From: a virus
Reading direction: 5' to 3' (one strand)
DNA length: 64,000 bases
Virus record (IMG/VR): IMGVR_UViG_3300009155_000040
Location: 1 to 64,000 of that record
The notes beneath the pieces are model-generated. The model did no database searches and was not told the DNA's origin. It saw only the letters and a program-made list of their open reading frames with translations. This document shows, one piece after another, positions 26,704 to 36,187 of the stretch. The position numbers and the translations under genes are program-made. The stretch's first letter is position 1; each line of letters opens with the position of its first letter.

Positions 26704-27584
26704 TATTGCCTAAAATAAGTTAATCCGAGATCTATTGTTTCATTATAAAGATCTAAAACATATTTGCTCTGCTGGGCATCAAGGTTGGGCCAATCTAACC
26801 CTAAATTAAGTTTAATTTTTTCTCCAAGGTCCTGTATGTCTTTTTCAAGACATCCATGCAAAACATTTTCTTGGTATATATTTTTAAGAATTTCAAAATC
26901 TCTAACTTGGACATAATCCCAATCTGTACAGTTAGTCATCCATGTACCAAGCCTTGCACCATGTATTGCATATAATCCGTTTTCCTCATGGGCTCCTACA
27001 GTACTCCACATACGCAACCTATGGATATTATGCCACCATATATGATCCTGTAATTCCATTGCTGGAACTTTAATTCCGTCCTTCAATGTCATCTTAACAC
27101 CTTCACGGAATCCTGCTCGCCATGCTTGGAACGGCGAACCTGTGATAATGCTTTCACTGTAGACTACTGGGAAATTTCGATAACCGTCTTCCCAACAGAA
27201 ATCTACCTGTGCCCTATCGCTTGTACTGGCTTCATGGGTTTGCATATTGAGAATAAACTCTTTTTTCCAAATTTTAATTCCGCCGTTACCGTAACGTAAA
27301 CCATTAATTTTATTTCTACCACACCAACCATAAACTTGTATCTTTGGATCACTCATATCTAGATCTAAATCAAAAAATTTAGGATCTACAATATTATCTG
27401 CATCAACAGTTATAAGCCAATCGGTATCACTCAAGTTGGCTGCGGCTTTGTGTGCATGGTCGCTGCCCTTAACACCGTGTACTCGTTTTGCCCACGGAGC
27501 TTTATCGCATAAGTCGGCATAATGTATATCAGCATTTGGTTCATCGTAACTGATAAAAATAATATCAAATTCTACTATTTTCAT
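26703..27584 (-). CDS. GT-A-like putative glycosyltransferase, paralog of 26005-26703
   Basis: DIIFISYDEPNA, ITVDADN, YGNGGIKI, AWRAGFRE. Confidence 0.6.
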   Translation of the reverse strand: MKIVEFDIIFISYDEPNADIHYADLCDKAPWAKRVHGVKGSDHAHKAAANLSDTDWLITVDADNIVDPKFFDLDLDMSDPKIQVYGWCGRNKINGLRYGNGGIKIWKKEFILNMQTHEASTSDRAQVDFCWEDGYRNFPVVYSESIITGSPFQAWRAGFREGVKMTLKDGIKVPAMELQDHIWWHNIHRLRMWSTVGAHEENGLYAIHGARLGTWMTNCTDWDYVQVRDFEILKNIYQENVLHGCLEKDIQDLGEKIKLNLGLDWPNLDAQQSKYVLDLYNETIDLGLTYFRQ

Positions 27585-28204
27585 TTAATCTCCAATACAT
27601 AATTTTTAAACAATCGTCTTGTATACACACTAAATTTAATAGGTAAATCTAAATTTTTAAGTACAAATTTCTTTCCTACAAGATCTGATATTTTTATAGA
27701 AAACGGTTTGTACAATACATTAGGATCATTGTAATCTGTAATTAAAAAATTCATATCAGTATTACCGGCCCAATTGATTTTTTTCTTTTTAACTGGTTGG
27801 AATTTCTTAGGAAGTTTTTTAGTTCCACCGTATTCTTCAGTTAATTCTAGTGTCAACGAGTTTGCTTTATAAGTTAAAAATACATTTGGTTTATCAAATT
27901 CTGCATGTTGCACTTCAACAATGCGATGTAACACATCGTCTATTTTATATAAAGCTCTAGTTTCGGATATAACATAACTGTCGCCTGTGATGTCCACCGA
28001 ACAAGAATTAAGATTAATTTTACCTTCAATGATCATTTCAGCAACTTCTTGATCCATTGGAATTTTATGTTCTTCATTTAAAAATGCAGACTTTGGACCA
28101 ACTGCTGTTATTGCGCCTGATGTCGGATTAAACACAGCAAAGAATTCTACCGGAGGTAAAATAATAGGTTCGAATAACATATCAAAATCAATTATTTCTT
28201 CCAT
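27581..28204 (-). CDS. Hypothetical protein
   Basis: ORF track; within the GT block. Confidence 0.7.
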   Translation of the reverse strand: MEEIIDFDMLFEPIILPPVEFFAVFNPTSGAITAVGPKSAFLNEEHKIPMDQEVAEMIIEGKINLNSCSVDITGDSYVISETRALYKIDDVLHRIVEVQHAEFDKPNVFLTYKANSLTLELTEEYGGTKKLPKKFQPVKKKKINWAGNTDMNFLITDYNDPNVLYKPFSIKISDLVGKKFVLKNLDLPIKFSVYTRRLFKNYVLEIK

Positions 28205-29031
28205 GCTATTTCCTCTAAAATATTAATTACTTCTTGTGTAATTTTATCTTTTTCTACATAATGAACAATATTATGTTGTTGATAGTTTCCTATTTTTACC
28301 TGTCCTTTGCGATTTACATAAAATCCCAAATGATCGCTCCATACATCTGACGGCCAAGGAAAGTTTTGTATCATGCCTTTCATGTGTACTACTTTAGGAA
28401 AATCTAAATCATATGCGATATCATCAGCAATATCTAAAATTTTTGCTGCTAGGGCAAAGGCTTCGTCAGTGCCAACAACTTTTGGTTTAAGTTCTGTTAA
28501 AAATAAATTTGAAAATTCTACAGGATTTTCAATAATACTGCGAGCCAATGTAAAAAACTCTTTGGCTACAGCACTGTCTTTTTTAAAAAATGTATAGAAA
28601 CTATAAAGATTAGGTAATTTATTTTTTGTAAATGTCCTACGATAATAGTCACTGTCTACTAATTCTTCTCTATAGGTATATGCATTATTGGCAATATACA
28701 ATTCATTATTTTCTACAAAATAATCAATCCAATGACTGTAGTCTCTAGTAAACAACATGTCAGAATCTAAACAAACTGTATAATCAAAAGGACTGTATGT
28801 GTCCATCCATGATCTAGCATCCCAACCTTTATACTTTTCAATTTTTTCTACATGATCAAACACCCAAGAAGATTTTAATTTCTTTACTGCATCGACATCG
28901 TCTGTCATTAGACATACTTTGTCATATCCTTCTTTTTGAGTATTCTTAATACTAAGTGCTAATGCATAAGCTAGATTGAGATAATCTATATTGTCATTAG
29001 TAGAAACAAAAATTAAATATCCAAAGTTCAT
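28192..29031 (-). CDS. GT-A (GT8-like) putative glycosyltransferase
   Basis: YLNLAYALALSIK, SPFDYTVCLDSDMLF, GTDEAF, late VH.K. Confidence 0.65.
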   Translation of the reverse strand: MNFGYLIFVSTNDNIDYLNLAYALALSIKNTQKEGYDKVCLMTDDVDAVKKLKSSWVFDHVEKIEKYKGWDARSWMDTYSPFDYTVCLDSDMLFTRDYSHWIDYFVENNELYIANNAYTYREELVDSDYYRRTFTKNKLPNLYSFYTFFKKDSAVAKEFFTLARSIIENPVEFSNLFLTELKPKVVGTDEAFALAAKILDIADDIAYDLDFPKVVHMKGMIQNFPWPSDVWSDHLGFYVNRKGQVKIGNYQQHNIVHYVEKDKITQEVINILEEIAWKK

Positions 29032-29891
29032 GCTAACTCCATTAGTTTTTCTGAGTGGCGAATAATACTTTGTTTGTTCATCACATGGATATCAAGTCCT
29101 CTTACAGCAGCGGCATAATAATTGTTGTCGCTGTGTGGACTTGCTAATATTATTAGTTTTCCTGTAGCGTCTACCGAATGTAAAACATCTTTATCTAATA
29201 CTGTTAAAATAGGAGGAAGACTTTCGTTGGTGGTTGTTTCAAACCCATCTAATATATGTTTTGCCACACTAAAAGAAATGTCATTTCTATACTGTGTTGT
29301 GTCGAATCGAAATAGGTCAGCATAATATTGATAGTTTTGTCTAATAACGTTGACCAGTTCAAAAAACATTTTGCTGTAGGGTGTTTTTTTAAACATCACA
29401 GTTGTTGCCCAATATAAATGGACCCCTGTATCGGATACATATTTGTCATGATATCCTAATCTTTTTTGATCGTAGATGTCTAGCATATTTTTAGCAATCA
29501 TAACATCTGCATCAACGTCCCAATACGAACTCAATCTATTGGAAAAAATTAAAAAATCACTGTCCATTAACAGTGTTTGATCATACGGTGTTAACTCGTA
29601 CACATTAGCACGGTTGGCATTGACAAATGGAATATTTTTAAAATGTACACCGTCGTGCAAGCGTCTCATATTGTCTGTTATTGGACGATCAACTTCTATA
29701 ATTTTATCGAATGTTGAAACTAGTTGTTCATAGTTGTTTGATATTTTAGCCCATTCTAATGTAGAGGGGTCTGTAACTAATGACACCGGTATACCTAAAT
29801 TCTTTTTAGCCAAGCGAGCAGCTAACATTGCCATGTATGCATAGTCAATGTCTCTATTGTTGTGTGCAAATATTAATGCGCCGCGTGTCAT
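29028..29891 (-). CDS. GT-A (GT8-like) putative glycosyltransferase, paralog of 28192-29031
   Basis: YAYMAMLAA, TPYDQTLLMDSDFL, RNDISFS, late HVMNK. Confidence 0.65.
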   Translation of the reverse strand: MTRGALIFAHNNRDIDYAYMAMLAARLAKKNLGIPVSLVTDPSTLEWAKISNNYEQLVSTFDKIIEVDRPITDNMRRLHDGVHFKNIPFVNANRANVYELTPYDQTLLMDSDFLIFSNRLSSYWDVDADVMIAKNMLDIYDQKRLGYHDKYVSDTGVHLYWATTVMFKKTPYSKMFFELVNVIRQNYQYYADLFRFDTTQYRNDISFSVAKHILDGFETTTNESLPPILTVLDKDVLHSVDATGKLIILASPHSDNNYYAAAVRGLDIHVMNKQSIIRHSEKLMELA

Positions 29892-30238
29892 ATGTCTAAT
29901 AATTTTTCCACACTGCGGCTTTTTTTAAGTTCTTGAAATTCTTGATAGTACTCTAATGTAGTATCATAATATCTGTCAAATATATCATCTCTAAATTTTT
30001 CTAAATCTTCAATCATGATTGGATTTTCGTTGGAATCAATTAAGGGAACATTTTCTGTTCTTCCCTGATCAATAAACATCTGTACAAATGTTATTAACGA
30101 TTTGTCAATCTTAAAGATGCCGCCGTTTTGACCAATGGTTAATTTGGCTTCAATTTTTTCTTTGAGAAGGCGTCTTTGGATTGAAAAGGTCTGACGATAG
30201 TTTGAAAACTCTAGAGCTTTTTTGAGTTGCTCTTCCAT
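29888..30238 (-). CDS. Hypothetical protein
   Basis: ORF track; first gene of the GT block; AGGGG SD. Confidence 0.7.
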   Translation of the reverse strand: MEEQLKKALEFSNYRQTFSIQRRLLKEKIEAKLTIGQNGGIFKIDKSLITFVQMFIDQGRTENVPLIDSNENPIMIEDLEKFRDDIFDRYYDTTLEYYQEFQELKKSRSVEKLLDI

Positions 30239-30265
30239 AATAATCCCCTAATTAAAGTAGCAGTT

Positions 30266-30272
30266 TATTTAT
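30266..30272 (-). promoter_or_regulatory. T4-type late promoter for the GT block
   Basis: TATTTAT on + = ATAAATA on -, upstream of the SD and ATG 30238. Confidence 0.55.
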
Positions 30273-30295
30273 TGTGCTAGATAATCAGGAAAAAA

Positions 30296-33019
30296 TTATG
30301 TGGTTGGTGCAGTGGTAATTTGTATTGTTGGTGTTGTTACTTGGAAATTGCCTGACCCACCTGGCAATAGTGTACCAGTGGCTTCAAGCGTTGACAATGA
30401 AATACTTAATGTTCCGTCAACACCTTCTGTTGCGCCGCCGATGCCTGTGTGATTATCTGTCCACTCAACTTGGAATTCGATGCTGGATGCGGTTCCTGCA
30501 GAGTTATCCGAAATGCCTGGAGTTCTAGCATAAATTTTATAGGTGTTTGTTGAATATGGATTTGATGATGTAGCAGTATACCATGCATTAAATCCGTTGC
30601 TTAATCTATAAAAATTACCGCCATTCAAACTTCCAGTTTCAGCAATTGGTTTGTTTCCGCCAAATGCTTGTGTGCCGATTCCCGTTAAGAATGTTGTCCA
30701 ATTTGCATTTTGAGCAGCAATTGCGCCTGTAGTTGATCCACCGGCCCTTGCTGATAAAAATCTTATTTCACCGCCACTATTGAAGAACGCTCGGGCTTGG
30801 GCAGCAGTTGGCCAGTATACACTGATTAAACTGTATACTCTAGTGGTCCAAGTTGAGCCAAGTGCACCTGGCCACGCTGTTTCAGAATACCAAGATCCTA
30901 ATCCCACAGGAGCAGTCCTAGTAATGGCCTGTGTAGCAGAAATGTCAAATTTTTGTGTAACCAACACATCGGCCCAAGTAGCATATTGTTTATAAGGTGC
31001 AGTTGCAGTATGAGCTCTTACAGTTTCTCCTACAGATGCATTGACCAATGTTGGTGTAGTTCCAACCTGATGTATATAGGCATTGATAATGTCATATTTT
31101 AACGTAGTCCAATCAGTTACTGAAACTCGATTGCTGGTTGTTATTTGATTACTGAAAACTGTTTGTCCGTAACCGCTATTTCCAGAACCTACACCTAATA
31201 CACCAGCTACTTTAGCTTGGATATCGTTGTAGTCTGCAACCTGAATAGTTTTAGAAACCCATATACCCGAAGCTACGCCCGTACCTTGAGAAGCGGTACC
31301 TAAGTCGGTGCCAAGTGTTAATGATGTTGCTGGCATCACTGTGCCGGTGCCGGTGCCTGGACCAGTTGCTGTAAATGTTAATCCTGTTGTGGCTGTAAAT
31401 GTTTCTGGAATAGCACGTCCTGTTCCAGGGCTAGTTGTTATAACTGTTGCTACTGTGATTGTCATACCCACAGTATATGTTATTCCCGACGTGCCGGCAA
31501 TGTTATTCCATTGAGTATTTGTTGTCGAACCTATTACTTTAATTGTATAGACTTCACCGATTTGGAATGCAGCAACATCTACCCATCCTGCACCAACTGC
31601 TGTATAGTCTGTGGTTCCCAAAGTTACTACGGTATATTTTTGAGCTGCTACCATTGCTGTTGCATTGATAAATCCAGATCCTGTGGCAGTGAATGTTACA
31701 CCAACGGTATTTGACGATGCACCAAATTTTGTAAAATCAGTGTTGCCAGCAAATGTAATAGTGTAAGATCTACCACTGACAAAATTACCAGCGGTTACTA
31801 AACCTGTGGCGGTGGCTGTGAATACTGTACCTGCAGTATTATTAGCGGAACCAAGATCTGTCCATATTGTTGTGCCTGCGGTAATAATAGTATAAGAACG
31901 GCCTATTACTAAGGCACCCGGATAATCAGCTGTGTTAGCCACAGCATTTTGATATAGGTCACCAATTTTAAATGATGTAAAACCTAAACCGTTGTTTAAG
32001 CTGAGAAGGGCAATTTCTTCACCTTCTGTAATACCGCTATCTGCGGCAATGGTTATTGTGGTACTGGCCATTCCACTAAGACCGCCATCTGTACTAGATA
32101 CTGTAAATGACCCAGTTAAAGTTGCAGGATTAAAATCAGTGCCGGTAATGCCTGCACCGGAAATTGTGTAAGGCAACACTGTACCATTTGGCACATTACG
32201 TGTATACATGTATACAATTATGGAGTTACCGTCAGACACTCCAGGAAGATTAGTCTTAAAAGAAAATTCAGCTTCGTCATAGGTAAGGATGATAATACCT
32301 TGCGACCCAGCTCCGCCAGCTGTAAATCCGCGAGATACATATGACGCTCCAGGGTTTGGTGTTCCGCCGGTAGCTGTCCTTTCTGTAGATACTCCTTGAG
32401 ATGCACCGCCACCTCCGCCTGAACCCGTGAAGCCCTGTCCGTCGGCACCGGTTAACCCTTCGCCGCCGCCGGCGCCGCCACCGCTTGCACCCCTGGTGCC
32501 ACCTGCTATTGGTCTTGCGGTTGTTTGATCAAATACTCCGCAGCCGCCGCCGCCGCCGCCACCATAAAGGGTTCCTTTATACAGATATCCTGCTGCGCCT
32601 GCACCTCCAATAATCCCATTTTCAGGTAGTCCGTTATTAGCAGGACTAGGGCCGCCGCCTCTCGCACCTGCACCTTGAGACGTAACGGTAAGCACACCAT
32701 CAATAGTTCTAGAGGATCGGTTACTGCCCAATGCCCCTCCACCGAGCGCACTTAGTGCTCCAAACGTAGTAGTAAAACCGGTACCGTTTGGTGCCACGCT
32801 GGCTCCGACGGCATACGATATTGATGTGCCAGGACTAACTATTATATTCCTTGTAAGGAGGATACTGCCGCCGGCGCCGCCGTAACCGCCACCGTTCACG
32901 TTTCCTTGTCCAGCAGCACCGCCACCAACAAGAAACACCTCACTAAGTAAAAAACAGTTAGCAGGGGGGGTCCATGTTGTGGGTGATGTACTGGTTAGTG
33001 TGACTGTTTGTACGGCCAT
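30296..33019 (-). CDS. Gly/Thr-rich tail fibre/appendage protein
   Basis: Gly-rich N-terminus, central ~40-aa Thr-rich repeats, C-terminal domain paralogous to 33057-33977. Confidence 0.75.
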   Translation of the reverse strand: MAVQTVTLTSTSPTTWTPPANCFLLSEVFLVGGGAAGQGNVNGGGYGGAGGSILLTRNIIVSPGTSISYAVGASVAPNGTGFTTTFGALSALGGGALGSNRSSRTIDGVLTVTSQGAGARGGGPSPANNGLPENGIIGGAGAAGYLYKGTLYGGGGGGGCGVFDQTTARPIAGGTRGASGGGAGGGEGLTGADGQGFTGSGGGGGASQGVSTERTATGGTPNPGASYVSRGFTAGGAGSQGIIILTYDEAEFSFKTNLPGVSDGNSIIVYMYTRNVPNGTVLPYTISGAGITGTDFNPATLTGSFTVSSTDGGLSGMASTTITIAADSGITEGEEIALLSLNNGLGFTSFKIGDLYQNAVANTADYPGALVIGRSYTIITAGTTIWTDLGSANNTAGTVFTATATGLVTAGNFVSGRSYTITFAGNTDFTKFGASSNTVGVTFTATGSGFINATAMVAAQKYTVVTLGTTDYTAVGAGWVDVAAFQIGEVYTIKVIGSTTNTQWNNIAGTSGITYTVGMTITVATVITTSPGTGRAIPETFTATTGLTFTATGPGTGTGTVMPATSLTLGTDLGTASQGTGVASGIWVSKTIQVADYNDIQAKVAGVLGVGSGNSGYGQTVFSNQITTSNRVSVTDWTTLKYDIINAYIHQVGTTPTLVNASVGETVRAHTATAPYKQYATWADVLVTQKFDISATQAITRTAPVGLGSWYSETAWPGALGSTWTTRVYSLISVYWPTAAQARAFFNSGGEIRFLSARAGGSTTGAIAAQNANWTTFLTGIGTQAFGGNKPIAETGSLNGGNFYRLSNGFNAWYTATSSNPYSTNTYKIYARTPGISDNSAGTASSIEFQVEWTDNHTGIGGATEGVDGTLSISLSTLEATGTLLPGGSGNFQVTTPTIQITTAPTT
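31450..31910 (-). repeat. About four degenerate ~40-aa repeats (G-R/Q-x-Y-T-I…G-T-T-x-W/F-T…G-x-T-F-T-A-T)
   Basis: GRSYTIITAGTTIWTDLG, GRSYTITFAGNTDFTKFG, AQKYTVVTLGTTDYTAVG, GEVYTIKVIGST; boundaries approximate. Confidence 0.7.
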
Positions 33020-33044
33020 TATTGTGTTATCCTTAACTCAGGAA

Positions 33045-33052
33045 TATTTATA
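33045..33052 (-). promoter_or_regulatory. T4-type late promoter (exact TATAAATA)
   Basis: TATTTATA on +, upstream of ATG 33019. Confidence 0.7.
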
Positions 33053-33056
33053 TAGT

Positions 33057-33977
33057 TCAAGTCGCAGTTATTGACGATATTGAATACGTTGGGCTTGTGA
33101 TAGTAAATGTTCCAGTAGGCACTAACAATCCTGCTGCTTTTAGTTCGTCCACAGCCACTGCCAATGTGCCGTCTATTACATCTCCCGGTGGAAAGATTGT
33201 AGGAGGGTTTGGATACCCAGGATTTAGCGTATCTGGATCAACATAAGCATCATTCCAAATTACCTTGATGTAAACAACTGTGGCTGTTCCGCCCACATTG
33301 TTTGCCACATTAGTTTTGGCCTGCAATTGATAATTGTTAGACGAGTAAGAGCTGGTTGCACCCTGTTGATAAAATGTTTGATAAACATTGGTTAACGAAT
33401 AAAATGTTGCACCGCCGGGTGTGTTTGCACCAAGTCCCTGTGATCCAATAGTATCTAACAAACTTGTCCAAGATGAATTTTGTGGAGTTGTTGCTCCGCC
33501 GGTTCTCGTACTGGAAATTCTAATTTTTCCGCCACTGTTAAAAAAGTATCTTGCTTGATTTGCTGAACCAAAAGTAACAGTAATCTCACATGATGATTGC
33601 GATGCCCATGATCCTGTTCTTGATGTTCCGGGTTTAGCAGTAATTACTGACTGGTCAACACCAATATTAAATCTATTTAGACTGGCTGCGTCAGCAGCAA
33701 TATCAAATCCGTTGTTAGGAAATGTTATTCCTTGTTGAATAACAGATAGTGGTTCCACTTCTGCAAGAGCAGGTTCTCCGCCATCTTGATGTATTTTGAT
33801 ACTGCGAAGCATGTTGCGCAAATCGTCCCATTGAACTTTGGAAATTTGCTCGCCTTGCGATACTGTGGCTCCTAATACTGTTTGTCCATACCCCTTTGAG
33901 CCCGTGCCTGTCCCAAGAATGTCAACAATCTTGGCGCGGATATTATTGTAATCGGATGATGATATTTGAGTAGGCAT
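33057..33977 (-). CDS. Virion structural protein (tail/collar-associated)
   Basis: DYNNIRAKI…GYGQT…FFNSGGKIR…W..LL..IG.Q shared with the C-terminus of 30296-33019. Confidence 0.7.
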   Translation of the reverse strand: MPTQISSSDYNNIRAKIVDILGTGTGSKGYGQTVLGATVSQGEQISKVQWDDLRNMLRSIKIHQDGGEPALAEVEPLSVIQQGITFPNNGFDIAADAASLNRFNIGVDQSVITAKPGTSRTGSWASQSSCEITVTFGSANQARYFFNSGGKIRISSTRTGGATTPQNSSWTSLLDTIGSQGLGANTPGGATFYSLTNVYQTFYQQGATSSYSSNNYQLQAKTNVANNVGGTATVVYIKVIWNDAYVDPDTLNPGYPNPPTIFPPGDVIDGTLAVAVDELKAAGLLVPTGTFTITSPTYSISSITAT

Positions 33978-33978
33978 T

Positions 33979-35796
33979 TTATAACACTAGTGCTTCAATT
34001 GTTGTTATTCCGTCAACATCACTAGACTCAAGTGCAATTGCAAATGTATCTACGTTGAAATTTTGTCTTACTAGCGCAGTACCAGCTGGGCCTGCTACCA
34101 GTCTATCGCCTTTCTTAACAGCACCTGTTACTTTAACAGGAACTCGTCCTTTAAGGGCAATGTATGTACCGCCTACTAGATCTTTATTCATCATAAACGC
34201 TGGATTTGCACTAACTACACCAATAGCTCTGTCGCCTTGTGTGCAGGCAGTAACTTCTTTAGTACCTCCAACTGCAACCACTGTGCCTGTTTCGTAGTCG
34301 GCGTCTGCCAGATATTTTTCTGCCAAGTCAGCATATTGAGCTGATGTAGCTGTTCCGTCAAATACGTTGGCTAACAAATTACCTGCGGCATTTCTAGCAG
34401 CAATTGTAAATGCTGTTTTTGTTGTTCTAGCTGATCTGTACCAAGTGCTTTGATCGCTGCCGTTCCAAGTGGTATCAGTGGCTGCATCATCAATTTTTAA
34501 TTTGTTTGTACTTGTGGCAATGCCGTTGAATTTTACAGCATTTAATTCACCTAATGAGTTTCTTACTGCTATCGAATCGGCGGTTGCTGTAACTTCACCA
34601 GATAGTGAATTTAATTCTAACGCATTTGATGCTGTTCCGTTAACATCTCCTTGAACAGAACCAAATAAGTTTCCTCTAAGAGTTGCACCAGTGTAACCAA
34701 TTTGTTTAGTAGTACCATTAATCAATACAGTGGCATCAGTTGCTAGGACATTTCCTACAAATGCTCCAGTAAATTGTTTGGTAGAATAATCATATGCAGT
34801 TGTAAGGTCAGACGCTTTAAGATTTGCCACTACGCCGTCAGCATAAACAGATCCCCATTTAAGCGTTGGCGATCCTAAATTATAACCTTCATCTATTCCT
34901 GGTACTATTCCTGTACCCGTAAACACAGCAACGTTTTGTTTAACAGTGCCATTGGTAATTCTAACAGTAATATCATTGTTATTTTTATTTTCAATAATAA
35001 CATCTTCACTGTTTTCAATCCAAATACGAAGATCAGTATCAGTACCTACATAAAAACCTACATCTGGAAAAGTAATTGCTGAAGTAAACGGATTTGCAAT
35101 ACCAACTCGAACATAGTCAGATGCTAATCTTCCACCTAACCTGTCTGAATTACTTGCTGTTCCCCAGAATCTATAATCGCTAGTGGTCTGTCCATTACTC
35201 GGAGTATTAATTAATGTAATACCCTGTTTAATAACTGGAAAGTTTGCTGTCAATCCTGTTGAACTTGCTGGAATAAACTCTTCAAGGGCGTTGACAATTG
35301 CTACAATCTCTCCGCCTGCAATAATTTTAATAATGGCATGTGTATCAGCAACCGGCGATTGATTATCTTTAATTGTATCAGTAGCAATAGCACTAGATCC
35401 AAGTTCAGGACTTGCAGCTGGTCCAACTAGAACATACTGTGTTCCGGACCACGTGTATAATTGTTTAGCGTTTGAATCCCACCAAAACTCACCAGTAGCC
35501 AAGCCTGCGGGCTGAGTAATGCTGACTTCAGCGCCATTGGCAACTTTAAATTTAACACCATCGTAGAATTTTAGCTTTTTATTTCCGCTATCATACCATA
35601 TTTGCCCTGGAACCACTTTTGGGGGTGCTGAAGTGTTTGCAAAATTTTCCATTAAATGTAGGAAATTTTCGTTTTGTACTTCGCCGTAGCCTGCGTAGTT
35701 TTTACCTACAAATCGTAGATCAGTGCTGGAATCGATTGTTCCGTCTGCTACAGTTGTTTGTAGTACTCCGTTAAATTTGTTTACTTGATATGCCAT
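33979..35796 (-). CDS. Tail fibre protein (paralog 4) with C-terminal chaperone-like domain
   Basis: Shared N-domain GKNY.GYGE…ENFA; C-terminal ADLAEKY…YETGTVV…IALKGRVPVKV.G. Confidence 0.75.
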   Translation of the reverse strand: MAYQVNKFNGVLQTTVADGTIDSSTDLRFVGKNYAGYGEVQNENFLHLMENFANTSAPPKVVPGQIWYDSGNKKLKFYDGVKFKVANGAEVSITQPAGLATGEFWWDSNAKQLYTWSGTQYVLVGPAASPELGSSAIATDTIKDNQSPVADTHAIIKIIAGGEIVAIVNALEEFIPASSTGLTANFPVIKQGITLINTPSNGQTTSDYRFWGTASNSDRLGGRLASDYVRVGIANPFTSAITFPDVGFYVGTDTDLRIWIENSEDVIIENKNNNDITVRITNGTVKQNVAVFTGTGIVPGIDEGYNLGSPTLKWGSVYADGVVANLKASDLTTAYDYSTKQFTGAFVGNVLATDATVLINGTTKQIGYTGATLRGNLFGSVQGDVNGTASNALELNSLSGEVTATADSIAVRNSLGELNAVKFNGIATSTNKLKIDDAATDTTWNGSDQSTWYRSARTTKTAFTIAARNAAGNLLANVFDGTATSAQYADLAEKYLADADYETGTVVAVGGTKEVTACTQGDRAIGVVSANPAFMMNKDLVGGTYIALKGRVPVKVTGAVKKGDRLVAGPAGTALVRQNFNVDTFAIALESSDVDGITTIEALVL

Positions 35797-35818
35797 GTTT
35801 GATCCACCTTAATCTTTG

Positions 35819-35825
35819 TATTTAT
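35819..35825 (-). promoter_or_regulatory. T4-type late promoter (ATAAATA)
   Basis: Upstream of the AAGGTGG SD and ATG 35796. Confidence 0.55.
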
Positions 35826-35828
35826 TCA

Positions 35829-36185
35829 TTATATAATACGAGTTGCAGCCGCTTGTCTTTGAGTTTCTAAATCTAAATATTGCTGTTGCGTTAAACTCGT
35901 TGGAATCGACAATGCTTGCTGTCTAATATGACGCAAAACTTTCCAATCTGTGCTTCTTAAAAATTCTAAATCGCTTGCATTTCTTAATTGATTTTCTTTC
36001 TGTGTTAAAATTTCAACGCCTACTGGTTGAACAGTTTTAGTAGGAATATCAAAATAGTGAGTTTGTGCTATTATGGAGTTATGATCAGCATCACTAATCT
36101 CCGATACTGACACAGTATTAGGAACGGACGGTGCATAACTTAATATGCTGATTACTTTATTATCTTCTATACATACGTAGTGCAT
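35829..36185 (-). CDS. Tail fibre assembly chaperone-like protein
   Basis: C-terminal LRSTDWKVLRH…RQAA motif; follows a fibre gene; start moved to ATG 36185. Confidence 0.55.
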   Translation of the reverse strand: MHYVCIEDNKVISILSYAPSVPNTVSVSEISDADHNSIIAQTHYFDIPTKTVQPVGVEILTQKENQLRNASDLEFLRSTDWKVLRHIRQQALSIPTSLTQQQYLDLETQRQAAATRII

Positions 36186-36187
36186 TT

